A stretch of 51,600 nt of DNA from Deltaproteobacteria bacterium. Its GTDB lineage: Bacteria > Myxococcota > JACRCW01. Shown here piece after piece: positions 41,102-50,352 of this stretch; position 1 is the stretch's first letter, and each line of letters opens with the position of its first letter. Location of the stretch: the NCBI GenBank assembly GCA_016218805.1, contig JACRCW010000033.1, forward strand, positions 1 through 51,600, read 5' to 3'. The notes under the pieces were generated by a model. That model worked only from the letters and a program-made list of their open reading frames with translations, was not told the origin of the DNA and ran no database searches. A program made the position numbers and the translations under genes.

Positions 41102-42673
41102 TCAGCCCAGCCGGCCCGTGAGGCCACTGCCGTACAGGAAGCGCATCAGGCGCTTGAACAGGCCGCGGGTCTTGGGGCTGTACGGGTACCACCACAGCTC
41201 GCGGTCCCCCAGCGAAAACCGGTCGTAATTCACGTGCCGGCATTCGCACATGTCCCGCAGTCCGTCGTCGCTGTGCGTGCGGCCAATGCCGGACGCCTTG
41301 AGGCCCTGCCAGGGCGTCTCCGCCATGGAGTAGCTCGCCAGCACGTCGTTCACCATCACGGTGCCGGCCTGCATCTGCTCGGCAATGTGGCGGGCGCGCT
41401 CCGTGTCTGACGAGAACACGTAACCCAGCAGGCCCAGGTCGCTGTCGTTGGCGTGGCGGATGGCCTCGGCTTCGTCCTTCACCACCTGGATGGGCATCAG
41501 CGGGCCAAAGCTCTCTTCCCGCATCACCCGCATCCCGTGGTGCACGTTGGACAGCACCGTGGGCGCCACAAAGCGCGCGCCCGGCTCCGGGATGCCACCC
41601 GTCTCAAACACCGCGCCCTTGTCCTTGGCGTCCTGCAGCAGCGCGCGGATCTTGTCCGCCTGCGGCGGGAAGGTCAGGGCGCCCACGTCCACGTCGTCCA
41701 TCGGGTTGCCCTGGCGGAGCTTGCGGGTGATGGCCACCACCCGGTCGCGCAACTCAGGGAACACGCGCTCATCCACGTAGACGCGCTCCACGGAGGCGCA
41801 CACCTGCCCGTGGTTGCCAAACGCGCCCCAGCACAGCGCCTGAGCGGTGCGGTTGAGGTTGGCATCCGCGCACACAATGGCCGCGGCCTTGCCGCCCAGC
41901 TCCAGCGTGCAGGGAATGAGCGCGCGGCCGCAGGCTTCGCCCACGCGGCGGCCCGTGGCCACGGAGCCCGTGAAGCAGATGTGGCCCACGCCCGCCTCAA
42001 TGAGCGCGCCGCCCGTGGCCCCGCGCCCGGTGGCCACGTGCAGCAGCTCCGGGTCAATGCCCGCGTCCACAAACAGCTCCCGCAGGCGCAGCGCAATGAG
42101 CGGCGTGACTTCAGAGGGCTTGATGACCACGGCGTTGCCCGCCAGCAGGCCAAACAGCACTTCACCAAACGGGATGGAGAACGGGAAGTTCCACGGCGAA
42201 ATGATGCCAATGACGCCCTTGGGCACGTAGTGCAGGTAGCTGCCGCGGTGCTTGGCCAGGCGGATGGGCAGCTTGCGCGGCGCCAGCGCCTCCGGGGCGC
42301 GCTTGAGGTAGGCCTGCAGCAGCTCCAGGGCGACCATCAGTTCCATGGTCATCGCCTCCTGCAGCGTCTTGCCGTTCTCCCGCGAAATGGCCTCTGCCAG
42401 GTCATCCAGGCGCTCCAGCAGCAGGCCCTTGACGGGCGCCAGCCGGTTGCACCGCTGCTCCACGGTGAGCGCGCCCCACGCCTTCTGCGCCTTGCGGGCC
42501 CGCTCCACCAACGCCACCACCTCAGCCGGGCTCAGGACCGGGACCTTGCCAATGACGTCACCTGTGGCGGGGTTGTGGACAACAATCTCATCACCGGCCT
42601 GCGGTTCCGCGGCCACCCGCTCAACGCGCGGGGGGGCCGCCTGGGGCGTGGATTCGACGGTGTTGGTGGTCAT
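41102..42673 (-). CDS. Aldehyde dehydrogenase
   Basis: SPWNFP, KPSE, FTGS, ELGGK, GQVCAS, EESFGP. Confidence 0.97.
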   Translation of the reverse strand: MTTNTVESTPQAAPPRVERVAAEPQAGDEIVVHNPATGDVIGKVPVLSPAEVVALVERARKAQKAWGALTVEQRCNRLAPVKGLLLERLDDLAEAISRENGKTLQEAMTMELMVALELLQAYLKRAPEALAPRKLPIRLAKHRGSYLHYVPKGVIGIISPWNFPFSIPFGEVLFGLLAGNAVVIKPSEVTPLIALRLRELFVDAGIDPELLHVATGRGATGGALIEAGVGHICFTGSVATGRRVGEACGRALIPCTLELGGKAAAIVCADANLNRTAQALCWGAFGNHGQVCASVERVYVDERVFPELRDRVVAITRKLRQGNPMDDVDVGALTFPPQADKIRALLQDAKDKGAVFETGGIPEPGARFVAPTVLSNVHHGMRVMREESFGPLMPIQVVKDEAEAIRHANDSDLGLLGYVFSSDTERARHIAEQMQAGTVMVNDVLASYSMAETPWQGLKASGIGRTHSDDGLRDMCECRHVNYDRFSLGDRELWWYPYSPKTRGLFKRLMRFLYGSGLTGRLG

Positions 42674-42771
42674 GGATGGCTCCGTGGCGCGCTCGGCGCC
42701 GAAGGGGCAACCAGTGTGGCCAGATGCCCGCCCGCCCGCAAGGGCCCGGCCGTCGTGGTAGCGTGCCGCGC

Positions 42772-43515
42772 ATGTCCGGCGCCGACGTTCAACTCACCGA
42801 CAAGGGGCGCGACGCCGTCCGACGCGCACGCATGCTGTTCCTCCCGCTGCGCGTGCTCGTCGTCATCGGCCTGGCGTCGCTGCCCGCGGGTGGGCTGAAC
42901 GCGGCCCTGGGGCATGAACGCCTGCGCATCTTTCTGGCGGCGCTGGCGGTGATGATCGCGCTGGAGCGCACGGGGATCACCGCGGACCCCTCCGCGCGCA
43001 GCCGTGACCGGGCCAGCAAGATTCTCCTCGTCGTCGGCAGCTTCCTGGGCTTCCTGATTGGCGTGCGCGAAGTTGCCACCGGGCGGCCACTGCTGCCCGC
43101 GCTGCCGCTGGTTGACGACGGGCTGGTGCTGGCCGCGGGGCTGGTGACGTGGGGCGCGGGGCTGGCCGTGCGGCAGTGGGCCATGCGCACGCTGGGGCGG
43201 TTCTTCACCGACCGCGTGCGCATCTTCACCGACCACCGGCTCATCACCGAAGGTCCGTACCGCTGGGTGCGCCACCCCAGCTACGCGGGGCTGGCGCTGG
43301 TGCTCGCCGGGGCGCCGCTGGTGCTGGGGAGCACGCTGGCGCTGGTCATTTCCGTCGTGGCGGGCGGGTCCGCGCTGGCGTTCCGCGTCCGCGTGGAGGA
43401 GGCGGCGCTGCGGGCGGCTTTTGGTGACCAGTACACGCGTTACGCGCAACGGACGCCCGCGCTGCTGCCGTGGCCGCGTCCAGACGGCGCTGCACCGCCA
43501 CCGCCCGCGCCATGA
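42772..43515 (+). CDS. Isoprenylcysteine carboxyl methyltransferase (ICMT/Ste14) family membrane protein
   Basis: TLGRFF...HRLITEGPYRWVRHPSYAG...EEAAL..FG..Y..Y. Confidence 0.92.
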   Translation: MSGADVQLTDKGRDAVRRARMLFLPLRVLVVIGLASLPAGGLNAALGHERLRIFLAALAVMIALERTGITADPSARSRDRASKILLVVGSFLGFLIGVREVATGRPLLPALPLVDDGLVLAAGLVTWGAGLAVRQWAMRTLGRFFTDRVRIFTDHRLITEGPYRWVRHPSYAGLALVLAGAPLVLGSTLALVISVVAGGSALAFRVRVEEAALRAAFGDQYTRYAQRTPALLPWPRPDGAAPPPPAP

Positions 43516-43897
43516 GCGCGGGGAGGGCCTCGGTGACGTCTTCACCGTGGAGTTCACCCAGCGTCAACCAGCGCGCCTCTGCCGCGTCACTGCCCGCGCG
43601 CAGGGCGCCCCCGGTGATGCGGCACAGGTAGTCCGCCACGACGTAATGGTGCCCCACCGCGCCGTCCCGGGTGCGCTCCACGTACTCGTACAGGCACAGC
43701 AGCCTGCCCGGTTCCACCTCCAGGCCCGTCTCTTCGCGCGCCTCACGGCGCACCGCGTCCGCCAGCCGCTCCCCCGCATCCACGCGCCCGCCCGGCACGC
43801 TCCACGCGCCCGCACGCGGGGCGTGACCGCGCCGGATGAGCAGGACGCGCTCACCGTCCACCAGCACCGCCCCCACGCCCATCACCGGACCGCTCAT
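43346..43897 (-). CDS. NUDIX hydrolase
   Basis: WSVPGGRVDAGE..AVRREAREETGL; GSDAAEARW; 3' tail overlaps the ICMT gene. Confidence 0.9.
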   Translation of the reverse strand: MSGPVMGVGAVLVDGERVLLIRRGHAPRAGAWSVPGGRVDAGERLADAVRREAREETGLEVEPGRLLCLYEYVERTRDGAVGHHYVVADYLCRITGGALRAGSDAAEARWLTLGELHGEDVTEALPALMARAVAVQRRLDAATAAARASVARNACTGHQKPPAAPPPPRGRGTPARTRPPRRK

Positions 43898-43942
43898 GGC
43901 TGCACGCAGCGTGACGCGCTAAGCATGCGGCGCGGAGGCAGC

Positions 43943-44179
43943 ATGAAAGTGTCCATCACGTATTGCGCAGTCTGAGGGTACCAATCCCGCGCCGCAGGTC
44001 TTGCGGCGGAAATCAAGCAGCAATGGAATGTGGAAACCACGCTGGTGCCGGGCAGCGGCGGCGTCTTTGACGTCGTGGTGGATGGCACGGAAGTGTTCTC
44101 CAAGCACAAGGTCGGCCGCCACGCGGCACCGGGCGAGTGCGTGCAGCTCATCAAGTCGCACCTTGGCGCGGCGCCGTAG
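43943..44179 (+). CDS. SelW/SelT/SelH (Rdx family) selenoprotein with CxxU motif, 78 aa
   Basis: GGAGG RBS; MKVSITYCAV-TGA(43973-75)-GYQSRAAGLAAEIK...GSGGVFDVVVDG..VFSK..GR...TAG; Rdx homology continues in frame past TGA. Confidence 0.92.
43976..44008 (+). promoter_or_regulatory. Bacterial SECIS element
   Basis: CGCCGCA-GGTCT-TGCGGCG perfect 7-bp stem (43990-44008); loop G lies 21 nt after UGA; resembles the E. coli fdhF GCAGGUCUGC tip. Confidence 0.8.
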
Positions 44180-44647
44180 TCACGGCGGCGGGGCCTTGTC
44201 CTTCTCCGGGTCCGCAATGCGGCTGCGGATCTCATAGGGCACGTCCAGGTCCCCAAAGAAGAACCGCGTGGTGACCACGCCGCGGGTCACGGAGTTGATC
44301 TCGCCCTTGCCAAACGCGCTCCCCAGCCCGCCCAACGCGGCGCCCCAGCCCAGCTGCATGGGGAACTCCAGCGGGACCTCACCGCGGCCGGGCACAGTGA
44401 ACGGTGTGTCGTAGACGCCCTTGCCCGCCGGCTTGTCCTCCACGACGAGCTCATACGTAATGCGCACGGTGGTCACGTCAAACAGGTTGGGATTGCGCAC
44501 GGTGAGGAACGCGGTGAGCGTGGTGCCCCCCAGACCCACGCCGCTCATGCGCAGGTCCGTCAGCGTGAGCTGCGGGGACTGGAACAGGAGTTGGCAGCCG
44601 GCCAGTGACACCAGCAGCGGGATGGCAAAGCGCAGACGGCGGAGCAT
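44180..44647 (-). CDS. LEA type 2 / WHy domain lipoprotein
   Basis: Lipobox LAGC; LTVRNPN hallmark; stop abuts the SelW stop. Confidence 0.85.
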   Translation of the reverse strand: MLRRLRFAIPLLVSLAGCQLLFQSPQLTLTDLRMSGVGLGGTTLTAFLTVRNPNLFDVTTVRITYELVVEDKPAGKGVYDTPFTVPGRGEVPLEFPMQLGWGAALGGLGSAFGKGEINSVTRGVVTTRFFFGDLDVPYEIRSRIADPEKDKAPPP

Positions 44648-44774
44648 GCGCGCAGTGGTATCCGGCCCGGCGGCGTCCGCACAAGGGGCGCCGTTGTCGT
44701 CGACGTTTACGTCCCGTGATCCATCTGGTACACGCGACGCCCCGCCGTCCTCCGGCGCCGCGAGGCCGTCCCCG

Positions 44775-46040
44775 ATGTCCACCGAGTCCCTCAGCAGCTT
44801 CCGCAAGGTCCCGCGCACGGGCGTCATCTTCGTGGACACCGAGGCGCGCACGCGCGGCTATTCGCGCGGGCACCCGGACTGGGCCAACCTGGGCCAGGGC
44901 CAGCCGGAAACGGGCGACTTGCCCGGCACCTCCCCGCGCCTGGACACCATCCCGCTCAACCTGCCGGACATGGAATACGCCTCCGTGGAGGGCCTGGCCG
45001 AACTGCGTGACGCCGTGGCGCAGTTGTACAACACGCGCTATCGGCGCGGGATGAAGAGCCAGTATTCCGCGGAAAACGTGGTGATTGCGGGGGGCGGGCG
45101 CACGGCGCTGACGCGCGCGCTGGCCAGCGTGGGGGCGGTGAATCTGGGGCATTTCATCCCGGACTACACGGCGTATGAAGAGCTGCTGGAGGTGTTTGGG
45201 CTGTTCAAGCCCATTCCGCTGCAGTTGGACCCGGGCCAGCAGTATGACCTGGAACTGGGCTGGATGGAGCGCACCATCCGCGGGATGGGCCTGGGCGCAT
45301 TGTTGATGTCCAACCCGCACAACCCCACGGGGAAGGTCATCCGCGGCGGGCAGTTGCACGCGCTGGCGGGCCTGGCGCGCAAGTATGACTGCGCGCTGCT
45401 GATGGATGAGTTCTACGCGCACTACGTGTGGGATGTGCCGCCGGGCACCACCGTGTCGGCCGCGGAGTGGGTGGAGGACGTCAACCGGGATCCCATTGTG
45501 GTGTTGGATGGGCTGACCAAGAACTGGCGCTATCCCGGACTGCGGTTGTCCTGGATGCTGGGCCCGCGCGCCGCGGTGGACGCATGGGGATCCGCGGGGT
45601 CGTTCATTGATGGCGGCGCAGTGCGGCCGGTACAGCGGGCGGCGGTGAAGCTGCTGGACCCGGAGACGGTGGCGCGTGACACGCTGGCCTTGCAGAAGCA
45701 CTTCTCCGAGAAACGCACTGAAATGGTATCCCGCCTGCGCGGCATGGGCGTGCGGGTGCCGCAGCCGCCGCAGGGGACGTTCTACGTGTGGGGCAGCGTG
45801 GAGGGCCTGCCCGACCCGCTCAACGATTGCTTCCATTTCTTCCGCGCCGCGCTGGACCGGAAGGTCCTGTGCGTGCCGGGCGTGTTCTTTGACGTGAATC
45901 CGGGCAAGCGGCGCACGGCGCACCACGGGCTGTATTCGCGGCATATCCGGTTCAGCTTTGGGCCGCCCATGGACCAGGTGCGGCTGGGCCTGGAGCGCCT
46001 GGAGCGCATGATCGGTGACGCCGCGCGGGCGGGAGCCTGA
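44775..46040 (+). CDS. PLP-dependent aminotransferase, class I/II
   Basis: NLGQGQPE, SNPHNPTG, DEFY, DGLTKNWRYPGLR, PG.FF, RFSFG. Confidence 0.93.
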   Translation: MSTESLSSFRKVPRTGVIFVDTEARTRGYSRGHPDWANLGQGQPETGDLPGTSPRLDTIPLNLPDMEYASVEGLAELRDAVAQLYNTRYRRGMKSQYSAENVVIAGGGRTALTRALASVGAVNLGHFIPDYTAYEELLEVFGLFKPIPLQLDPGQQYDLELGWMERTIRGMGLGALLMSNPHNPTGKVIRGGQLHALAGLARKYDCALLMDEFYAHYVWDVPPGTTVSAAEWVEDVNRDPIVVLDGLTKNWRYPGLRLSWMLGPRAAVDAWGSAGSFIDGGAVRPVQRAAVKLLDPETVARDTLALQKHFSEKRTEMVSRLRGMGVRVPQPPQGTFYVWGSVEGLPDPLNDCFHFFRAALDRKVLCVPGVFFDVNPGKRRTAHHGLYSRHIRFSFGPPMDQVRLGLERLERMIGDAARAGA

Positions 46041-46045
46041 GGCCC

Positions 46046-47125
46046 GTGGCGGACGTGGACGCGGTCGTCATCGGCGCGGGTGTCGTCGGCGCGGCGGTGG
46101 CGGAGGCGCTCTCCCGCGGCGGCCGCTCCGTGTTCCTGCTGGAGGCGGGCCCCCGCCCCGGCGAAGGCGTCAGCGCCCGCAACTCCGGGGTCATCCATTC
46201 CGGGCTGTACTACCCCACGGGGTCACTCAAGGCGCGGGCGTGCGTGCGCGGCAATGCGCTCCTGTACGAGTGGTGCGCGCGCCGCGGCGTGTGGCACCAC
46301 GCGTGCGGAAAGCTGGTGGTGGCGACGACCCCGGCCCAGGTGACGGCGCTGCACGCGCTGGCCGCCACCGCCCGCGCCAACGACGCGCCGGGGGTGACGC
46401 TGCTGTCCGGCGCGCGGGCGCGGGAACTGGAACCGTCCATCCCGGCGTTGGAAGCATTGTGGTGCCCGCGCACGGGCATTGTGGACGCGCCGGAGTTGGT
46501 GGCGTCGCTGGTGGCGGCCGCCCAGGAGAGCGGCGCGGTGCTGCTGACGCACGCCCGCGTGGACGGCCTGGAGCGGACGGCGGCCGGATGGAAGGTGACG
46601 TCCACGCGAGGGCCGGTGGAGACGCCGCTGGTGGTCAATTGCGCGGGATTGTATTCGGATGAAGTCGCGCGGCTGGCGGGAATAGACCGCTATCAGATCC
46701 ACCCGTGCCGCGGTGACTACTTCCGCCTGAAGAGCCCGGTGCCGCACCGCACGCTGGTGTACCCGGTGAAGGAGCAGGGGGCTGCGGGCCTGGGCGTGCA
46801 CCTCACGCTGGACCGCGCCGGCGGCTTCCGCCTGGGGCCGGACGTGACGTGGGTGGAGCGCAAGGATGACTTCTCGGGAGGCGAAACCAAGTTGGAGGCG
46901 TTCCGCGCCGCGGCGTCACGGCTGCTGGGGCCTGTTGCCGCGGAACAGCTCACGCATGACGGGTGCGGTATCCGGCCCAAGCTGCGCGCACCCACGGAGG
47001 CGGAGGACAAGGACTTTGTGGTGTCCCAGGATGCCCCCGGGCTGGTGAACCTGGTGGGGATTGAATCGCCCGGTCTCACCGCCGCGCTGGCCCTGGCCGA
47101 ACACGTCCTGCAACGGGCGGCCTGA
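46046..47125 (+). CDS. FAD-dependent oxidoreductase, L-2-hydroxyglutarate oxidase (LhgO)-like
   Basis: IGAGVVG, SARNSGVIHSGLYY, GLGVHLT, GIRPKL, GIESPGLTA. Confidence 0.92.
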   Translation: MADVDAVVIGAGVVGAAVAEALSRGGRSVFLLEAGPRPGEGVSARNSGVIHSGLYYPTGSLKARACVRGNALLYEWCARRGVWHHACGKLVVATTPAQVTALHALAATARANDAPGVTLLSGARARELEPSIPALEALWCPRTGIVDAPELVASLVAAAQESGAVLLTHARVDGLERTAAGWKVTSTRGPVETPLVVNCAGLYSDEVARLAGIDRYQIHPCRGDYFRLKSPVPHRTLVYPVKEQGAAGLGVHLTLDRAGGFRLGPDVTWVERKDDFSGGETKLEAFRAAASRLLGPVAAEQLTHDGCGIRPKLRAPTEAEDKDFVVSQDAPGLVNLVGIESPGLTAALALAEHVLQRAA

Positions 47126-47129
47126 CGCC

Positions 47130-48401
47130 TCAACGACGACGCACACGCGGCTTCCGCGGCGGGGGTGGCGGCGCCCGCACCCCCAGGCGCCCCTCTACGT
47201 CCAGCGCGATCTGCGCCAACTCCGCGTCCAGCGCCAGCTTGTCCACCCGGTGCGATTTCAACTCTTTCTGCAGCGACAACAGCTCGTCCGCCAGCTCCGG
47301 GCTGATGGCCCGGCCCTCCATCAGCTGCAGGGATGCCTCTTCAGCGCGCAGTTCCAGGTCTTCGCGCAGCGCTTCCAGCTCATTGAGGCGCGCCTGCAGC
47401 GTCACCAGCCGCGCCAGCGCGGTGCGCTGCAGTTCCTCCGGCACCATCACCGCAATGATCACGTGGCGCGTTTCATTCCCCGCGGAATCCCGCGCCGTGA
47501 GCACCAGTTCGTTGTGGCCGGGACGCAGCCGCGCTTCGTGGATGAACTCACCGCGTTCGGACACGTCCACCTCGCGGCCGGAGAGCGTGAGCGTGGCATC
47601 CGCTTCGGTGGCGCCCTGGATGGTGAGCGTGGCCTGGTTGGTGAACACCTGGGAGGGCGGCGTGGCAATGCGCAGCAGCGGCGCCACGTCGTCGTTTTCC
47701 ACGCGGAAGCGGCGGACCTCAGACCAGATCAGCCGCCGGTCCTTCTTGGTGGAGTATTGCGCCAACCGGTAGAAATACGTCCCCGGTGTCAGGCGCACGT
47801 CGTTGCCGCGCTTGAGGATGGTCTGGTCAGCCGCCAGGTCCTGGAACTGCTCATCCCGCGCCACCTGCACGCGGGACCGCCACGCCTTCCCCTGCCAACG
47901 GAACATCACCGACGCTGCGCCGGCAGAGGTGCGGCAGCCGTACACCTGGTCCAGGACGGGCTCCGTGGGTTTGTAGATGATGATGCCGCGGCGGGGTGGC
48001 GGCGGCAGGCGGCGCGGAATGGCCGTGCGCTGCGGCACCAGGTTGAGGATGCGTGAGGACGAGAACTGGCCTTCCGCGCCCGGCGCCGGCGCGGCCCACA
48101 CGCGCCAGTAGTACAGCCGCGGCGGCAGGTACCCGGCGTCCACCTCCGCGGACGGGCGCGGCGTGCGCAGGTCCACCGTGGCCGGGAGGAACAGCAGCGT
48201 CTTGCCCACCTGCACGCGGTACTCGGCGGCGCCGTCCACCGCGGACCAGCGGAACACCACCGTGCCTTCGCGCGTTTCCACTTCACCGGGGTCCGGTGGT
48301 GGCAGGTCCTCCGCCCACGCCGCGCGCGCGAGCAGGCAACACAGCGTGAGGGTGGCAGCCGGCCGCAACGCGCTCCCTTCAAGTTGCGGGACGGCTACCA
48401 C
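47130..48401 (-). CDS. Hypothetical exported protein: two FN3/Ig-like repeats, an Ig-like domain and a C-terminal coiled coil (start uncertain)
   Basis: FRWS..YRVQV..YYWRV and FRWQ..RVQVA..YFYRL; LRPGHNELVLTARDSAGN; Leu/Glu heptads. Confidence 0.7.
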   Translation of the reverse strand: MVAVPQLEGSALRPAATLTLCCLLARAAWAEDLPPPDPGEVETREGTVVFRWSAVDGAAEYRVQVGKTLLFLPATVDLRTPRPSAEVDAGYLPPRLYYWRVWAAPAPGAEGQFSSSRILNLVPQRTAIPRRLPPPPRRGIIIYKPTEPVLDQVYGCRTSAGAASVMFRWQGKAWRSRVQVARDEQFQDLAADQTILKRGNDVRLTPGTYFYRLAQYSTKKDRRLIWSEVRRFRVENDDVAPLLRIATPPSQVFTNQATLTIQGATEADATLTLSGREVDVSERGEFIHEARLRPGHNELVLTARDSAGNETRHVIIAVMVPEELQRTALARLVTLQARLNELEALREDLELRAEEASLQLMEGRAISPELADELLSLQKELKSHRVDKLALDAELAQIALDVEGRLGVRAPPPPPRKPRVRRR

Positions 48402-48424
48402 GCCGGGGCGCGGCCACGCGCGTG

Positions 48425-48850
48425 TCAGGCGCGCGCGAGCACCCGGGCGGTGCAGTCATCCATCACCACCCGGAACCCGGCGGCCAGGGCGCGGTCCGCC
48501 GTGGGCTCGTCCACCACGCCGTCCTGGAACCAGAGGATCCGCGGGCGCAACGCCTCCGGGAGCGCCAGCACCTCGTCAAGCAACCCGGGCAGATGCGCGG
48601 GATTGCGGAACACGTCCACCAGGTCCGGGCGCTGGGGAAGGTCCGCCAGGGAGCGGTGAATCGTCTCGCCCAGCACGGATCCACCCTGCGGGTGCACGGG
48701 AAGGATCCGCTTGCCGCGCGCCTGCAGGAACCGCGCAACGCCGTACGCCGGGCGCGCCGGGTTGTCCTGCAGGCCCACCACGGCAATGACCGCCGCACCG
48801 CGGATGGCCTCCAGTTTCTCCACTGCCGACACGATGCGCGCTCCCGCCAT
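48425..48850 (-). CDS. CoA-binding protein (YccU-like)
   Basis: IAVVGL..NPARPAYGV, DLVDVFR, WFQDGV, VMDDC. Confidence 0.9.
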   Translation of the reverse strand: MAGARIVSAVEKLEAIRGAAVIAVVGLQDNPARPAYGVARFLQARGKRILPVHPQGGSVLGETIHRSLADLPQRPDLVDVFRNPAHLPGLLDEVLALPEALRPRILWFQDGVVDEPTADRALAAGFRVVMDDCTARVLARA

Positions 48851-48889
48851 GCTTGCCTCCGACCCGGCGGGGTTCGTACACGCAGCGGC

Positions 48890-49534
48890 GTGATCTTCCC
48901 ACTGCGGGACCGCGCGCGGCCGCGTTCACCCGCGTATGTGACCCTGGCGCTGGTGCTGCTCAACGCGGTGGCGTTCTGGGCGGAGGCCCGCCTGCTCCAT
49001 TCTGGCGGCGAACCCGCGCTGCTCCCGTACACGCTGGTGCCGCGTGCGCTCATCCGCCTGCAGTGGGACGCGGGCCTGGGCGGCCTGTTCCCGCACATGT
49101 TCCTCCACGGCGGGCTGATGCATCTGGTCGGGAACCTGTGGTTCCTGTGGGCGTTTGGTGGCCCCGCCGAAGGGCGGCTGGGCCACGCGGGCCTGTTGGG
49201 CATCTACGTGCTCGGGGGCGTGGCGGGTGCGTTGCTGCAGGTGGCCGCGGAGCCGTCGTCGGGCGTGCCGCTCGTTGGGGCGTCAGGTGCCATCAGCGGC
49301 GTGATGGGCGCGTTCCTGTGGGAGATGGGCCGGCGCAATCTCCCGCTGCTGGTGGTGGTGTGGCGCGTGGAAGTGCGGGCGTGGGTGTTTGTGCTGGGGT
49401 GGGCGGGGATGCAGGTGGTGGACGCGTTCAGTTCGCTGGGGCGGCCGGCCGGGGAGGGCGGGGTGGCGTTCTTTGCGCACGTGGGGGGATTCGCAGTGGG
49501 GCTGTGCGCCACGGCGGTGGCGGGAAAGCGTTGA
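48890..49534 (+). CDS. Rhomboid family intramembrane serine protease
   Basis: IFPLRD, HGGLMHLVGN, catalytic GASG, AHVGG. Confidence 0.93.
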   Translation: MIFPLRDRARPRSPAYVTLALVLLNAVAFWAEARLLHSGGEPALLPYTLVPRALIRLQWDAGLGGLFPHMFLHGGLMHLVGNLWFLWAFGGPAEGRLGHAGLLGIYVLGGVAGALLQVAAEPSSGVPLVGASGAISGVMGAFLWEMGRRNLPLLVVVWRVEVRAWVFVLGWAGMQVVDAFSSLGRPAGEGGVAFFAHVGGFAVGLCATAVAGKR

Positions 49535-49591
49535 TGCCCGCGCACCAACGGTTGTATGGGCAGGCGCGGGATTCCGTCGGGAGTTGCGTTC

Positions 49592-50350
49592 ATGTCCAAG
49601 TCGCGCGCGTGGCTGGTGGGTTGCGTTGTCGCCGTCGGGTCCGCCGCCGCCTGCGGGGGCATCAGCCTGTTCACGGGCCGCATCAACAACGCGTTCTATG
49701 AACCCACCGGGACGCTGTTTGCGTGGGGTGACCAGCTCTCCCCGGCGCCGCAGCTCGCGTCCAATCCGCAGACGCGTTTCGTCGTTGGCGGGGTGTACGC
49801 GTACTTTGACCCGGCGCAGGACCAGGCCGGCGCGCTCAACGGCAGTGACCGCGCGGAGCTCATCCAGGAGATTGTGCAGAATGACTGGCTGGCCCTGCAG
49901 TGGGCCAATGACAACGACGTGGAGCCGGGGAAGTCCTTCACCGCGGTGCTGCTGCGCACCACGGATGAACCCTTCTTCCGCGTTCCAGACCCGTCATCGT
50001 CAGACAACACGGCGGGGTTCACCGCGCGCGTGGGATTCCGGCGCCCCGCCACGCGCCGCAACGCTTCCTACAAGTGCCCCACCTATCTACCGCCGCCGCT
50101 GTGCATGCCCGTGCGGTCGTTTGGCAGCCGCGCCCGGGTGGAGGTCAGCGTCAATGACGCCAACCGCGGCCTGTCCGGCAACATCCGCCTGAGCGTGACG
50201 GTCACGGTAGAAAGAACGGACACGGACGCGTCCGACGCCATCACCGGGACCGTGCGGGGGAACATCTCCGCCTCCGTGGTCAGTGAGCGCGTGGCGGAGG
50301 CCAACATGGCCACGCTGACCTTGTATGACCTCTTCAACGTGGTGCCCTGA
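49592..50350 (+). CDS. Hypothetical lipoprotein (paralog of the downstream gene)
   Basis: Lipobox AAAC; shares blocks with 50353-51048. Confidence 0.75.
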   Translation: MSKSRAWLVGCVVAVGSAAACGGISLFTGRINNAFYEPTGTLFAWGDQLSPAPQLASNPQTRFVVGGVYAYFDPAQDQAGALNGSDRAELIQEIVQNDWLALQWANDNDVEPGKSFTAVLLRTTDEPFFRVPDPSSSDNTAGFTARVGFRRPATRRNASYKCPTYLPPPLCMPVRSFGSRARVEVSVNDANRGLSGNIRLSVTVTVERTDTDASDAITGTVRGNISASVVSERVAEANMATLTLYDLFNVVP

Positions 50351-50352
50351 GC

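Noticed and set aside
43943..43975. Reading the SelW locus as a pseudogene or 10-aa peptide
   Set aside because: The TGA falls exactly at the CxxC/U redox position, the downstream frame is intact and a SECIS-like hairpin follows.
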